Source of the DNA: Candidatus Staskawiczbacteria bacterium RIFOXYC1_FULL_38_18
GTDB taxonomy: Bacteria; Patescibacteriota; Minisyncoccia; Minisyncoccales; Staskawiczbacteraceae
DNA: 48,961 bases
Reading direction: 5' to 3'
Assembly: GCA_001822095.1 (NCBI GenBank)
Contig: MHPP01000024.1
Span: 1-48,961 of the forward strand
This document shows, in pieces, positions 32,033 to 41,700 of the stretch. Each line of letters begins with the position of its first letter. Positions within the stretch are counted from its first letter, which is position 1. Position numbers and translations under genes: made by a program. The notes under the pieces were generated by a model. That model was not told the DNA's origin. It ran no database searches and saw only the letters and a program-made list of their open reading frames with translations.

Positions 32033-34255
32033 TTATGTTGTTTGGTTTTTTTGGCTAATTGCAACTGCGGGCTGTTCTAAAATTTCTTTTATTGTTTCGC
32101 CTGGCGCAATAAATTCCTTTCTCTCGCCATATTCTTGTTGTTTGCCTTTGTGCCATTGCTGAACAGGCCTGATATAGCCCACAACACGCGAATAAACCTC
32201 GCAGGGCTGCTCTATGGTGCACTGGGGGCATTTAAAATGCTCGCCAGACAAATAACCGTGGGTGGGGCAAATTGAAAATGTTGGAGTCAGAGTAATATAG
32301 GGCAGGCTGTAATTTTCGCAAATCTTTTTAACCAGATTTTTTGCGGAATTTGGGTCAGAAATTTTTTCTCCCAAAAATATGTGTAAAACAGTTCCTCCCG
32401 TGTATTTTGTCTGTAATTCGTTTTGCAAATCAAGGGCTTGAAAAACGTCATCGGTAAAACCAACCGGCAATTGTGTAGAATTTGTATAATAAGGAGCTTC
32501 TTTTGTGCCGGCTGTGATAATGTCGGGATATTTTTCCCTGTCTGTTTTTGCTTGCCTGTAGCTTGTGCCTTCTGCCGGAGTTGCTTCAAGATTATATAAA
32601 TTTCCAGTTTCTTCCTGAAAGCTTATCATTGTGTCTCTCATAAAATCCAAAATTTCTAAAGCAAATTTTCTGCCTTTTTCTGTTGTTATGTCTTCGCCTA
32701 AAAAATTGAGTAACGCTTCGTTCATTCCGCAAATTCCAATTGTGGAAAAATGGTTTCCAAAATAAGTATTCCTCATTTTTTTCATTTCCTGCAAATAAAA
32801 CCTTGAATAAGGATAAAGCCCTTTTTCCATAAAAGAGTCCAAGGCCTTTCTTTTGATTTCCAGGCTTTCTTTTGCCAAAACCATGAGACGCGACAATCTG
32901 TCCAAAAATTCTGTTTTGGTTTTTGACAAATATCCAATCCTTGGCAAATCAATTGTTACAACTCCAATGCTCCCTGTTTTTGGAGAAGAGCCAAACAATC
33001 CCCCCCCTCTTTTATACAATTCTCTGTTATCCAGCCTTAACCTGCAACACATTGACCTTGCGTCGTCCGGGCTCATGTCTGAATGTATAAAGTTTGAAAA
33101 ATAATTTATTCCGTATTTTGCCGTAGCATCCCACATTGTTGACAAATTTGGGTTGTCCCAGTCAAAATCTTTTGTAATTGAAACTGTCGGAATGGGGAAA
33201 GTAAACGGCCTGCCAGAAGCATCCCCCTCCATTAAGCCCTCATAAAAAGCTTTAATAAACATATTCATTTCTTCTTGGAATTCTCCGTAAGTTTCGTTTT
33301 GAGGCTCGCCCCCAATAATAACCGGCTGTTTTGCCAAATACGAGGCGGGCTTAATGTCCAAAGAAACGTTTAAAAACGGTGTTTGGAAGCCAACGCGCGT
33401 GGGCACCATGCAATTAAACAAAAATTCCTGCACTATTTGCTTTACCTGTTTATAATCCAAATGGTCATACCTGATAAAAGGCGCCAAAAGCGTGTCAAAA
33501 TTTGAAACAGCATTTGCCCCAGCTGTTTCTCCCTGCAGAGTATATAAAACATTCACCAGCTGGCCCATAGCTGTTCTTAAATGCTTTGGAGGTTTGCATT
33601 CTATTTTTCCCGGGACTCCGCCAAATCCTTTTATTAAAAAGTCATACAAATCCCAGCCGGCGCAATATGGGGCCAGCAGTTGCAAATCATGAATATGAAA
33701 ATCTTCATTGGCAGCCGCGTCGCGGATTTCTTTTGGATAAATTTTATTCAACCAATATTTTTTTGAAATATACGAGCCCACATATTCGTTTAATCCCTGC
33801 AAAGAAAAAGTCATATTGGCGTTTTCTTTTACCTGCCAGTCAAGCTCGCCCAAATAGCTGTCAACCTTTTCCGAAGAATCGTCAGCTACTTTTGAAGCCT
33901 CCCTTATTTGCCTTCTTTGCTCTCTGTATAAAATGTATGCTTTTGCGGTATCAACCAGGTCCTCCAAAATCAAAGCCTCTTCAACAATATCCTGAATTTG
34001 TTCAATGGTGGGCACTTCACCTTTTTTAAACCTTCGGTTTACCAGGCTAACAACTTTTTCGGCAACTTTTTTTGATTCTTTGCCGTCCCCTTGGTTTGCG
34101 GCCACAATTGCCTTGTGCACTGCCTGTTCAATTTTTTCCTGCTCAAAACTAACAACCCTTCCGTCTCTTTTTCGGACCTTCTCAATATGATTCTCTATTT
34201 TCTTCTCCTCTACTTTTTCTTCTGCCATGTTTTTAATGGGGACAAAAAAAGGCAT
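32033..34255 (-). CDS. nrdD: anaerobic (class III) ribonucleoside-triphosphate reductase
   Basis: 740 aa. ATP-cone VRKRDGRVVSFEQEKI, C-terminal Zn site CPTHG...CPQC, glycyl-radical motif SRVVGYIRPV. The start could instead be the ATG at 34228. Confidence 0.92.
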   Translation of the reverse strand: MPFFVPIKNMAEEKVEEKKIENHIEKVRKRDGRVVSFEQEKIEQAVHKAIVAANQGDGKESKKVAEKVVSLVNRRFKKGEVPTIEQIQDIVEEALILEDLVDTAKAYILYREQRRQIREASKVADDSSEKVDSYLGELDWQVKENANMTFSLQGLNEYVGSYISKKYWLNKIYPKEIRDAAANEDFHIHDLQLLAPYCAGWDLYDFLIKGFGGVPGKIECKPPKHLRTAMGQLVNVLYTLQGETAGANAVSNFDTLLAPFIRYDHLDYKQVKQIVQEFLFNCMVPTRVGFQTPFLNVSLDIKPASYLAKQPVIIGGEPQNETYGEFQEEMNMFIKAFYEGLMEGDASGRPFTFPIPTVSITKDFDWDNPNLSTMWDATAKYGINYFSNFIHSDMSPDDARSMCCRLRLDNRELYKRGGGLFGSSPKTGSIGVVTIDLPRIGYLSKTKTEFLDRLSRLMVLAKESLEIKRKALDSFMEKGLYPYSRFYLQEMKKMRNTYFGNHFSTIGICGMNEALLNFLGEDITTEKGRKFALEILDFMRDTMISFQEETGNLYNLEATPAEGTSYRQAKTDREKYPDIITAGTKEAPYYTNSTQLPVGFTDDVFQALDLQNELQTKYTGGTVLHIFLGEKISDPNSAKNLVKKICENYSLPYITLTPTFSICPTHGYLSGEHFKCPQCTIEQPCEVYSRVVGYIRPVQQWHKGKQQEYGERKEFIAPGETIKEILEQPAVAISQKNQTT

Positions 34256-34363
34256 TGCCTTTAATTAAGCTGGTTGCTTAAAAATTTTTTCGGTAAAAAG
34301 TTTTTAAGCAGTAAGCCTACTTAAAATGCCTTTATTAATTAATATTTTAATGTCGATTACTAC

Positions 34364-34391
34364 ATTTTACTCCGCCCAATAATCCTGTCAA
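34364..34391 (-). promoter_or_regulatory. sigma70 promoter for nrdD (TTGACA-16-TAAAAT)
   Basis: TTGACA at 34391-86 and TAAAAT at 34369-64. Confidence 0.55.
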
Positions 34392-34433
34392 ATATTAATT
34401 TAAAGCTACATCTGTGGATAACTTTGAGTTTTT

Positions 34434-35360
34434 TTATTTTTCCAGTTTTGTGGCAATTACCGTAATTTTTATTTCCCCTTTTTTGAGAGTGTTATCTTTT
34501 ACGGCCCCAAAAATTATTTGAGCCTTTGGGTCAACATTTTTTGTGATAACTTTTGCGGCTTCCTGAATTTCGCTTAAAGTTGTATCTTGTCCTGAAACAG
34601 AAAACAAAACTCCTTTTGACCCTTTAATTGAAAAGTCCAGCAAAGGCGAGGCAATTGCAATTTCTGCTGCTTTTACAGCCCGGTTTTCTCCGCTGGCTTT
34701 ACCAACTCCAAACATTGCCCTGCCTGAATTTTTCATTACAGATAAAACAGAAGCAAAATCAATGTTTATGATTCCGGGATTTAAAATTAAATCCGTAATT
34801 CCTGAAACAGCTTCGTGCAAAACGCTGTCGCAAATTTCAAAAGCGTTTGAAACTGTTGTTTTTTCATTAATAATCTTTAAAAGATTATCGTTTGAAATAA
34901 TTAAGAGAGAATCCATCTTGCCTTCCAAATTTTTTAAAGCCGCGTCTGCAACTTTTTTTCTTTGCTCTCCCTCAAAAGAAAACGGCGTTGTTACAACTGC
35001 AATGGTTAAAATGCCAAGGCTTTTTGCAATTTCGCAAACAACAGGGGTTGCTCCGCTGCCCGTGCCACCTCCCAATCCGCAAGTTACAAAAACCATATCA
35101 GCCTCTTTTAGGTTTTCTGAAATTTCTTGGTTATTTTCTTCTGCCGCTTGTTTTCCCAAATCAGCGTCCATTCCCGTGCCAAGCCCTTTGGTGACATTTT
35201 TTCCAATAAGGATTTTTTTGTCCGCCTTTGAGAAATGCAAAGCCTGCGCGTCTGTGTTTAAAGAAATCAGTTCAATTCCCTGTATTTCAAATTTAGCCAT
35301 GCGCGACACAGTATTTGACCCCGACCCTCCCGCTCCTACAACTTTTATAATCGGTTGCAT
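34434..35360 (-). CDS. ftsZ: cell-division GTPase FtsZ (core only, no C-terminal linker or tail)
   Basis: 308 aa. GLGGGTGSGATPV signature. Ends ...KITVIATKLEK. Confidence 0.95.
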   Translation of the reverse strand: MQPIIKVVGAGGSGSNTVSRMAKFEIQGIELISLNTDAQALHFSKADKKILIGKNVTKGLGTGMDADLGKQAAEENNQEISENLKEADMVFVTCGLGGGTGSGATPVVCEIAKSLGILTIAVVTTPFSFEGEQRKKVADAALKNLEGKMDSLLIISNDNLLKIINEKTTVSNAFEICDSVLHEAVSGITDLILNPGIINIDFASVLSVMKNSGRAMFGVGKASGENRAVKAAEIAIASPLLDFSIKGSKGVLFSVSGQDTTLSEIQEAAKVITKNVDPKAQIIFGAVKDNTLKKGEIKITVIATKLEK

Positions 35361-35425
35361 ATTTGTAAAAAAAATTAGTAATAAGTGATATTACCAAAAT
35401 TGCTTTAAACCTGCAAATATTTAAA

Positions 35426-36661
35426 TTATGGTTTGAATGCTCTGAAAATTTTCTTAAATACAGAACCGATTTTTACGACATTCAGCATTGTTCCTTCATC
35501 GCTGTCAAAATCCACTCCACCCAAGGCCAATCCCGCAACAGTTGCCAAGGCTGGGTCATCCTCTAAGCCCACAATGCCTTTGGGTTCGCCAATTACGCAG
35601 TTTAGTTTTAAAGTTTCTTTTGTAAGCTCTTTTATCCGCGGTATTTTTGCCCCCCCTCCGGTTATCACAACTCCACCGGGTAACAATTCCTGCCTGCCTA
35701 TTTTTTTTAATTCTTTTTGCGCTAAATCCAGAATCTCCGACACCCTGGGTTCAATAATATCCACCAGCATTTTTTTTGTAAAGTTAAGCGACGAGGATTT
35801 ATCAAAAACTTCTATTTTTTTCTGGTCGACTGGCTGGCGGAGGTTTTTTTTATCTTTCTCTGCTTTAACAAACACACATGTTCCGTGTTGTTTTTTAATT
35901 GATTCGGCAATTGCCACATCGGTTTTTAATCCAATGGCAATGTCGTTTGTAATATTTGCAGAGCCAATTGGGAATATCGCCAAATGCATAAGCTCGCCCT
36001 CTTCAAAAACCGCCAATGAAGTTGTTGCGGCCCCAATGTCAATTAAAGCAACTCCCAGTTCTTTTTGCTGGGGGGTCAAAACCGCTTTTGCAGCGGCCAA
36101 AGGAGAGGGTATTACGTCATTAATCTGCAACCTTGAATTTAAAACAGCCTGCGTTAAATTTGTGAAATAAGGCGCAAAATAGCAAAGCAATAAAACTTTT
36201 GCTTCAAGCCTTATCCCTTCCAGCCCCTCGGGAGATTTTATCCCTTTTTGGTCGTCAATAATAAATTCTTTTGGAAAAACATCCAAAACCTCTTCGTTAT
36301 GGGGAATATTTATTGCTTTTGTTGCCTGCAAAACCCTTTCGACGTCTTCTCTTGAAATTCTGTTGTCTGCCCTTGAAACAGAAATTATTCCATCAGAAGG
36401 GATAACATACAAATGACTTCCGCCAATATTTACAAAAACAGAATTAATTTTTCTTCCGCAGTCTTTTTCAACTCCCGCCATTATCATTTGGATATTTTTT
36501 GAAGTTTCTTCAATGCTCACAACCGCTCCCTTTCTTAACCCAAAAGAGGGAATCTCAGCAAAACTCAAAACATCGCAAGAACTTCCCTTCTTTTGAACAG
36601 CCAGCGCCTTTATGCTATATGTGCCAATATCTAAACCAGTTATTATGTTTCCGCGCGACAT
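35426..36661 (-). CDS. ftsA: cell-division protein FtsA
   Basis: 411 aa. Actin-like ATPase (GLDIGTYSIKALAV, DIGAATTSLAVF, GGGAKIP) with a C-terminal amphipathic helix. Confidence 0.9.
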   Translation of the reverse strand: MSRGNIITGLDIGTYSIKALAVQKKGSSCDVLSFAEIPSFGLRKGAVVSIEETSKNIQMIMAGVEKDCGRKINSVFVNIGGSHLYVIPSDGIISVSRADNRISREDVERVLQATKAINIPHNEEVLDVFPKEFIIDDQKGIKSPEGLEGIRLEAKVLLLCYFAPYFTNLTQAVLNSRLQINDVIPSPLAAAKAVLTPQQKELGVALIDIGAATTSLAVFEEGELMHLAIFPIGSANITNDIAIGLKTDVAIAESIKKQHGTCVFVKAEKDKKNLRQPVDQKKIEVFDKSSSLNFTKKMLVDIIEPRVSEILDLAQKELKKIGRQELLPGGVVITGGGAKIPRIKELTKETLKLNCVIGEPKGIVGLEDDPALATVAGLALGGVDFDSDEGTMLNVVKIGSVFKKIFRAFKP

Positions 36662-36664
36662 AAG

Positions 36665-37069
36665 TTATTTAATGCTTGATAAATATAAATTTTGTTTTGC
36701 CTCCATTATATTTGCTTGGGCATCTTTTTCGTGGTCATACCCCAATAAATGCAAAATCCCGTGAATAAAAACTTTCATTGTTTCGCTTTTTGCAGATACG
36801 CCGATTTTCCTAGCGTTTTCTTTTACAACATCCGGACAAATCACAATTTCACCTAGATGTTTGGGTTCGTTTAAATTGAATGACAAAACATCCGTTGCTC
36901 TATTTTTCTTCCGGAATTTTTTATTAAGTTTTTTTATCTCCTCTCTGCTGACAAAAACCAGAGATAGCGTTTCCGTTTCTCTATTTTCACCCAATAATAC
37001 TTTTTTTGCAACCTGTGCAAAACTTTTTTTATCCACAATAAACTTGGTAATGTTGTTTATTTCAATCAT
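36665..37069 (-). CDS. ybeY: rRNA maturation endoribonuclease YbeY
   Basis: 134 aa. HGILHLLGYDHE zinc motif. Confidence 0.9.
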   Translation of the reverse strand: MIEINNITKFIVDKKSFAQVAKKVLLGENRETETLSLVFVSREEIKKLNKKFRKKNRATDVLSFNLNEPKHLGEIVICPDVVKENARKIGVSAKSETMKVFIHGILHLLGYDHEKDAQANIMEAKQNLYLSSIK

Positions 37070-37102
37070 TCTTATTATTTTACATCATTTTTGCAAAACA
37101 AA

Positions 37103-37126
37103 CAAAAAAAAGAGGCGTATGCCTCC
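37103..37126 (-). terminator. intrinsic terminator after GC11
   Basis: Minus strand reads ggaggc-atac-gcctc followed by T8. Confidence 0.55.
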
Positions 37127-37134
37127 ATGTGTTT

Positions 37135-37554
37135 TCAGGTTGTGTCATGCTCGTGGCCGCAATCTTGGCACTTATTCACGTGCACGCGGTCTTGGCCAAA
37201 AAGCTCCATGCGATTGTGCTTCATTGGGCCTCCGCATTTAAAGCAAACTTGCCATGGGTGGCCCCTTTTTCTCTGCCTGAAAAAATTGCACTTTGCGCAT
37301 TTTTCTCCAACAAAAACTTCCTCCTCTCCTCTTCCTCTGCCGTCCAATCTGCTACAGTAATGTTCGTCGAGCACCATAATTCTTTTGAAATCATGGTCGC
37401 AATCGCTTTGAACTTTTTTTGCCTCCTCAACCAATTCCTGCCTTGCATCGTTAAGGCGCTTGCACAAGTCAAACACCCGTTGGAGCAACTCCAAAACCTC
37501 CGGAGTTTGCGGAAAATCTTCTCTTTTTTCCATCGGCACGATAGCTTGAAACAT
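37135..37554 (-). CDS. GC11: hypothetical zinc-ribbon-type protein (GC-rich cassette)
   Basis: 139 aa. GGGAG lies 6 nt before the ATG. Three CxxC pairs (CAKC, CFKC, CQDC) plus a CDHD/HYC region. Own promoter and terminator. Confidence 0.65.
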   Translation of the reverse strand: MFQAIVPMEKREDFPQTPEVLELLQRVFDLCKRLNDARQELVEEAKKVQSDCDHDFKRIMVLDEHYCSRLDGRGRGEEEVFVGEKCAKCNFFRQRKRGHPWQVCFKCGGPMKHNRMELFGQDRVHVNKCQDCGHEHDTT

Positions 37555-37589
37555 GATTATCTCCCTGTCTTTGTAAAAGGCCTATTATG

Positions 37590-37618
37590 AATTTATATCA
37601 AAAATCCACAAAAGTCAA
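37590..37618 (-). promoter_or_regulatory. promoter candidate for GC11 (TTGACT, 15-17 nt, TATAAAT)
   Basis: TTGACT at 37618-13; TATAAA/TAAATT at 37597-90. Confidence 0.45.
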
Positions 37619-37656
37619 TGAATGCCTCAGGCAGATTTGGAGTGTTTATTTTTTAT

Positions 37657-40077
37657 TTATTTTTTCGGTTTTTTTGATTCCACAAAACTGACGCACTCGC
37701 CCTGATTTTTAAATTTACCCCCAAAATTCTTCCATCCGTCTTTTTTACACTGGTCCTTAGATGTTGGCAAATTTATAATCTCAAAATTAATTGTTTGTTT
37801 GGGGCTGTTATTGCCGGCCATGTCTGACGCAAAAAAAGTTATTACGTGCCTTCCTTCGCCTTCAACATTTATTTCAGCCATGCCTCCGGGAACTTTTTTA
37901 ATACTGGCTTCATCCAAACTATATTCAATATCCAAAACTCCCGACTCCGTATCATTTGCGTTAATTTTTACAAACGCAAAATTTACATAAAGCCCATCTT
38001 TATTTTTTTCACCGGTTAGGGTTGCTGTTGCAGTTGGCGGCAGTAAATCTTCCAGATCTTCGCCGATTAGGGTTGCTGACGGTAAAACTGTTTCTATCTC
38101 GCTTTCTGATGTTTGTTTTATTAAAAGAACCACCTGCCCTGAGCCTGTCAAAGGGTCCGCATTTAAATTCATTTTACCTGTGAGCTGGGTTGTTGCCGCT
38201 AAGTTGCTAAAAACTTCGGTTGTTACCGCTTGTCCGGCAACAATGTCTTGGCTTTTTATTGTGTAAGTTCCCGTGCCAATTCCCTGCAAACTAATATCAT
38301 AAACCTGTCCATCGTCGTCCGGGAGGTAAACAAATTTATGCTCGCCCCAAATTTCAAAGTCGGCGTTTGGAATTTCGTTTATAACACTCCTGTCTTCGGC
38401 TAAGCCCAGCCTATTACCAAACTGGTCTGTCACAAAAATATCAATTGGGCTAAAAACAGAAATTGCTTTTCCGTTTAAATTGCACCTGTTTATATCTTGC
38501 GTAATTACATTATTTGAAATTTCCAAACTGCTCCCCGAAATCAAATTTACAATTTTCTGCCTGCTTCCGTTGGCGCTCAACATTTTGCTGTGACTGCCCG
38601 ACAAAGAATAAAATTTGTTTTCTTGGCTTATTGGCAAATTGGTTGCGCTTTCCAGGGGAACAGTGCCATCTCCCGGAGTAAATTTTGGCGCATCGTATTC
38701 TGTAATATTGTTGCCCAGAAAATCAACTCGCCTTCTCTCAATAACTTTTCCCAGAGTGCCTGCTTTGCATCCGTCAATTGCATAAAGTTCAACTCCTGCC
38801 GTTCTTAAGTCGTAATTATCAAAATTTTCCGTGTGCAAAATTTGCGCATTATCAAATCCCACGGAATTTAAATTATGGTCTTCTGTTAAAAAACCTTCCA
38901 CCTCCTGATAATTTAAATCTTTTATCACATTTTGTACATTGGGGTTTTCTGTTGTTGGAATAGCCTCGTCTATGGTTTTTATAAAACTCCCGTTAACATC
39001 ATAATATTGCTGGCTCGGGAGCAAATCATAAGAAGCTGGCATATTTTCAGAAATCTTTTTTATTTCGCTTTCAGCCAGCCACGGAATTCCAAAACTATCT
39101 CCCTGCAATAAAACCTTAACCGATTTTGGCGCGCCTGTATTTGGCACGCCCACAAAAACCGCTTTTCCAATGTGATGGCTTGCGGGATTATCCATCACAT
39201 ATTTTTTAACAATCAATCCGCCCAGGCTGTGAGCTACAACATCAACTTTATCACCTCCGGTTTGCTGTAAAATTACATTTATTTTCTCTCCCAACAAATC
39301 CGAATTAGTTTTATTATCGGCATATTTTCCACTCGCCCCATACCTCCAATCGTACGGAAACGTAAATAAATTATCATTTTCTACATATCCCTGATTTTTA
39401 AATTCATTGATTAAACCGTCCGCATAGTCAAGAAATGGTTGTTTTTTAATAATATTGTTTTTATATATTTCGTTATTTATCGGAGTTAAATTCTCATTAA
39501 ATTCTAACGGGTCAATAAAACTATCTCCCACATCAGTAGCCATCCTGACCAAATCAGCCCACAATAGTTCGTCACCATTTTTCATTTCTGTCCCTAATAG
39601 TCCCGGCACAATTAAAACCGGTATTTTTTCATTTATTTGTGTGTTGTTAAAAACACAAATAATATTTTCGGCAACAGTTGAGTTGACTTCCATGATTACG
39701 CCATCGGGCAAATATGAAAAATTATCGCTTTGGCTTTCGCTGGCGCAATGAATAATATCAATTTCAAAACCCTCCGTGTTTTCTTGAGACAGCAAATACT
39801 GCCCTCCCCAGGCAGAGACCGCTGTTGCAACCGATGCGGTTAAGTTTTGAGTTTGCAAATTAAAATTTTGATAGTCATGCCAAACAAGGATATAGTCATC
39901 GAGTTCTTCGTCGTATTCGTAATAGCCCGCTTTTAAACTAAAATTAAAAGGGGCTTCCCGCCCCTGCGTGTTTACAACTATATTTAAATTGGCATCCGGT
40001 ATAATAATTCCCGCATCCGAAACTGCGGGCGTAAGAACTGCAATTAACGCAAAAAGTATAATTATTTTATTTTTCAT
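37657..40077 (-). CDS. secreted alpha/beta-hydrolase lipase/esterase (LCAT/PGAP1-like) with C-terminal Ig-like domains
   Basis: 806 aa. Signal peptide; nucleophile elbow VVAHSLGGLIVKKY; beta-rich C-terminal modules. Confidence 0.65.
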   Translation of the reverse strand: MKNKIIILFALIAVLTPAVSDAGIIIPDANLNIVVNTQGREAPFNFSLKAGYYEYDEELDDYILVWHDYQNFNLQTQNLTASVATAVSAWGGQYLLSQENTEGFEIDIIHCASESQSDNFSYLPDGVIMEVNSTVAENIICVFNNTQINEKIPVLIVPGLLGTEMKNGDELLWADLVRMATDVGDSFIDPLEFNENLTPINNEIYKNNIIKKQPFLDYADGLINEFKNQGYVENDNLFTFPYDWRYGASGKYADNKTNSDLLGEKINVILQQTGGDKVDVVAHSLGGLIVKKYVMDNPASHHIGKAVFVGVPNTGAPKSVKVLLQGDSFGIPWLAESEIKKISENMPASYDLLPSQQYYDVNGSFIKTIDEAIPTTENPNVQNVIKDLNYQEVEGFLTEDHNLNSVGFDNAQILHTENFDNYDLRTAGVELYAIDGCKAGTLGKVIERRRVDFLGNNITEYDAPKFTPGDGTVPLESATNLPISQENKFYSLSGSHSKMLSANGSRQKIVNLISGSSLEISNNVITQDINRCNLNGKAISVFSPIDIFVTDQFGNRLGLAEDRSVINEIPNADFEIWGEHKFVYLPDDDGQVYDISLQGIGTGTYTIKSQDIVAGQAVTTEVFSNLAATTQLTGKMNLNADPLTGSGQVVLLIKQTSESEIETVLPSATLIGEDLEDLLPPTATATLTGEKNKDGLYVNFAFVKINANDTESGVLDIEYSLDEASIKKVPGGMAEINVEGEGRHVITFFASDMAGNNSPKQTINFEIINLPTSKDQCKKDGWKNFGGKFKNQGECVSFVESKKPKK

Positions 40078-40104
40078 ACAATTTTATTACTTATTTATTA
40101 TTTT

Positions 40105-40464
40105 TTAAAAAATTTCCATACTAAGGGTCATTGCTGAATATAGGGCGAAGCCAGTAATAATTAAAGTGACCGACAATAACGCTATTAATAAATATTTTAT
40201 TATTTTTTTTCTACAATATTTATTCTTAACGAGGAAAATTAGCGCCAACAATAAACCAATAAATTGCAATGCAATTACAAATTTTAAATAGCTTAAATTA
40301 TCTGAATTTTGTAAAAAATTATCTCGTATGGGGTGGACGTTACTTGTTCTACTAGATTGAAAAAATTCATAATAAAAATTTACCACTGGGCTCCATAATA
40401 TTTCCGGGACAATGAACATCGCGCCGGAAACCCATAACCAAATTTTTTGCGTTTTAGATAACAT
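40105..40464 (-). CDS. integral membrane protein
   Basis: 119 aa, 4 predicted TM segments, AT-rich like the core genome. Confidence 0.5.
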   Translation of the reverse strand: MLSKTQKIWLWVSGAMFIVPEILWSPVVNFYYEFFQSSRTSNVHPIRDNFLQNSDNLSYLKFVIALQFIGLLLALIFLVKNKYCRKKIIKYLLIALLSVTLIITGFALYSAMTLSMEIF

Positions 40465-40514
40465 ATTTTTACGTTTTTAATAATATTTTATTATTATACC
40501 CCTCTTTCTTAAAA

Positions 40515-40556
40515 TAAAAAACCCCGGGTGATGCTTTTGCGAGTTCAACGCGGGGT
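40515..40556 (-). terminator. imperfect hairpin + T-run after GC12
   Basis: ccccg ... cgggg closing a structured loop, followed on the minus strand by TTTTTTATTTT. Confidence 0.4.
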
Positions 40557-40580
40557 ATATGACTGCAGAAGTTAAAGGTT

Positions 40581-41573
40581 CTATCGTTTGCCCGATTGGC
40601 CTTCCAATTCTATGGCCATTTGAGCCAATTTGGCCTGTTCTGTCTCCAGAACTTTCAGCGCGCGTTGTCGATCCGCTTCTTTTTGTTCTTTGCATGACTT
40701 TTCGTACAGTGCTTTTATACGCTTCCGTTCTCTTTCCCTGACTCTGTGCAGAAGAACAACTTGAGCAGCAACCGAACCGCCGAGCACTGCTTCCTGTAAA
40801 CTGGCTGGCTTCCTATAGTTTGAAGAGGAAAAAGCCCTCTCGTGAGGAAAGCTGTAACTCTTGCCCATGGCCAGCTCGACCAGCTTCTTCAAAGATGCCT
40901 CATCCAGTTCCTGAGTGTTCAACCAATTAAGCTCCTTTAATTGGTCTAGAATCTCAATGAACTGCGGTCTAGTAGCAACCAGCCGGTTCCTAACCGACTC
41001 GTCGGTTGTTTCGTTATAGCATCGCTCAGACATTGAACTAAATTTCCATCCGAGCCGGGTAAATTCTCTCATAAACTCTCGCAACATTTCCTGCTGGTGC
41101 CGGATGTTGGCATCTGAGTAAAAAGAGCTGTCGAAGTAATTTTTCCTGTCCGGCCGTAGAAACCACAGGACTTTTTGAAACAGAACATCGTGCTCCAGTA
41201 TCCACCACCACAAAGGGTGGCCTCCGTCCCTTGCCCCGCCATTAAAAAACTTCGCGCAGAGAACGCCAAACGCCTTTTCCGAGATTTTCTGGCGGTTCCT
41301 GGCAATCTCATTATTGTAATCATATTCCTGCCTGTCGTGAAAATCATAACCGCCATCGTAGCCGTTGGCGATATCCAAAAGAAGCGACACTAATTCCGCT
41401 TCCTTCCACCACCACTGCGCCTCCCCGGTCGTCAACAAATGCAACAGTCCGAGCAGGTCGCCAAGCTTTTTGGTTTCCTTCCATTTTGCCATCCACTCCT
41501 CGAGCGAATAAGCGGTTGGCACAAATGTCATCAACGGATGCTTGGCCTTAACAACTCGCGGATCTTGAGACAT
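40581..41573 (-). CDS. GC12: 330-aa hypothetical protein (GC-rich cassette), Trp-rich with a basic coiled-coil tail
   Basis: GAGGAG lies 6 nt before the ATG. Long clean ORF with a C-terminal RVRERERKRIKALYEKSCKEQKEADRQRALKVLETEQAKLAQ. Confidence 0.75.
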   Translation of the reverse strand: MSQDPRVVKAKHPLMTFVPTAYSLEEWMAKWKETKKLGDLLGLLHLLTTGEAQWWWKEAELVSLLLDIANGYDGGYDFHDRQEYDYNNEIARNRQKISEKAFGVLCAKFFNGGARDGGHPLWWWILEHDVLFQKVLWFLRPDRKNYFDSSFYSDANIRHQQEMLREFMREFTRLGWKFSSMSERCYNETTDESVRNRLVATRPQFIEILDQLKELNWLNTQELDEASLKKLVELAMGKSYSFPHERAFSSSNYRKPASLQEAVLGGSVAAQVVLLHRVRERERKRIKALYEKSCKEQKEADRQRALKVLETEQAKLAQMAIELEGQSGKR

Positions 41574-41590
41574 GACACGCTCCTCTCATT

Positions 41591-41620
41591 ATTATGCCCA
41601 GTTACTTAGGGCGTTTTCAA
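41591..41620 (-). promoter_or_regulatory. promoter for GC12 (TTGAAA-18-CATAAT)
   Basis: TTGAAA at 41620-15; CATAAT at 41596-91. An additional TTGACA sits at 41665-60. Confidence 0.5.
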
Positions 41621-41700
41621 AAAACAACTCATTTAAAAGTTTATTCCATTCCGCCAAATTGTCAAGCAAACAAAAAAGCGAAGACCCGTTCTCCGATTTT

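Noticed and set aside
34256-34433. Possible NrdR boxes, a B12 riboswitch, or other regulation upstream of nrdD. A 10-bp inverted repeat tgcttaaaaa/tttttaagca at 34275-34310 was also noted.
   Set aside because: The CTACAT-containing segments (about 34361-75 and 34405-19) are not palindromic and do not fit the ACACWATATATWGTGT NrdR consensus. No B12-box-like GC-rich core is present. The inverted repeat is almost pure A/T with no T-run context, so its significance is unclear.
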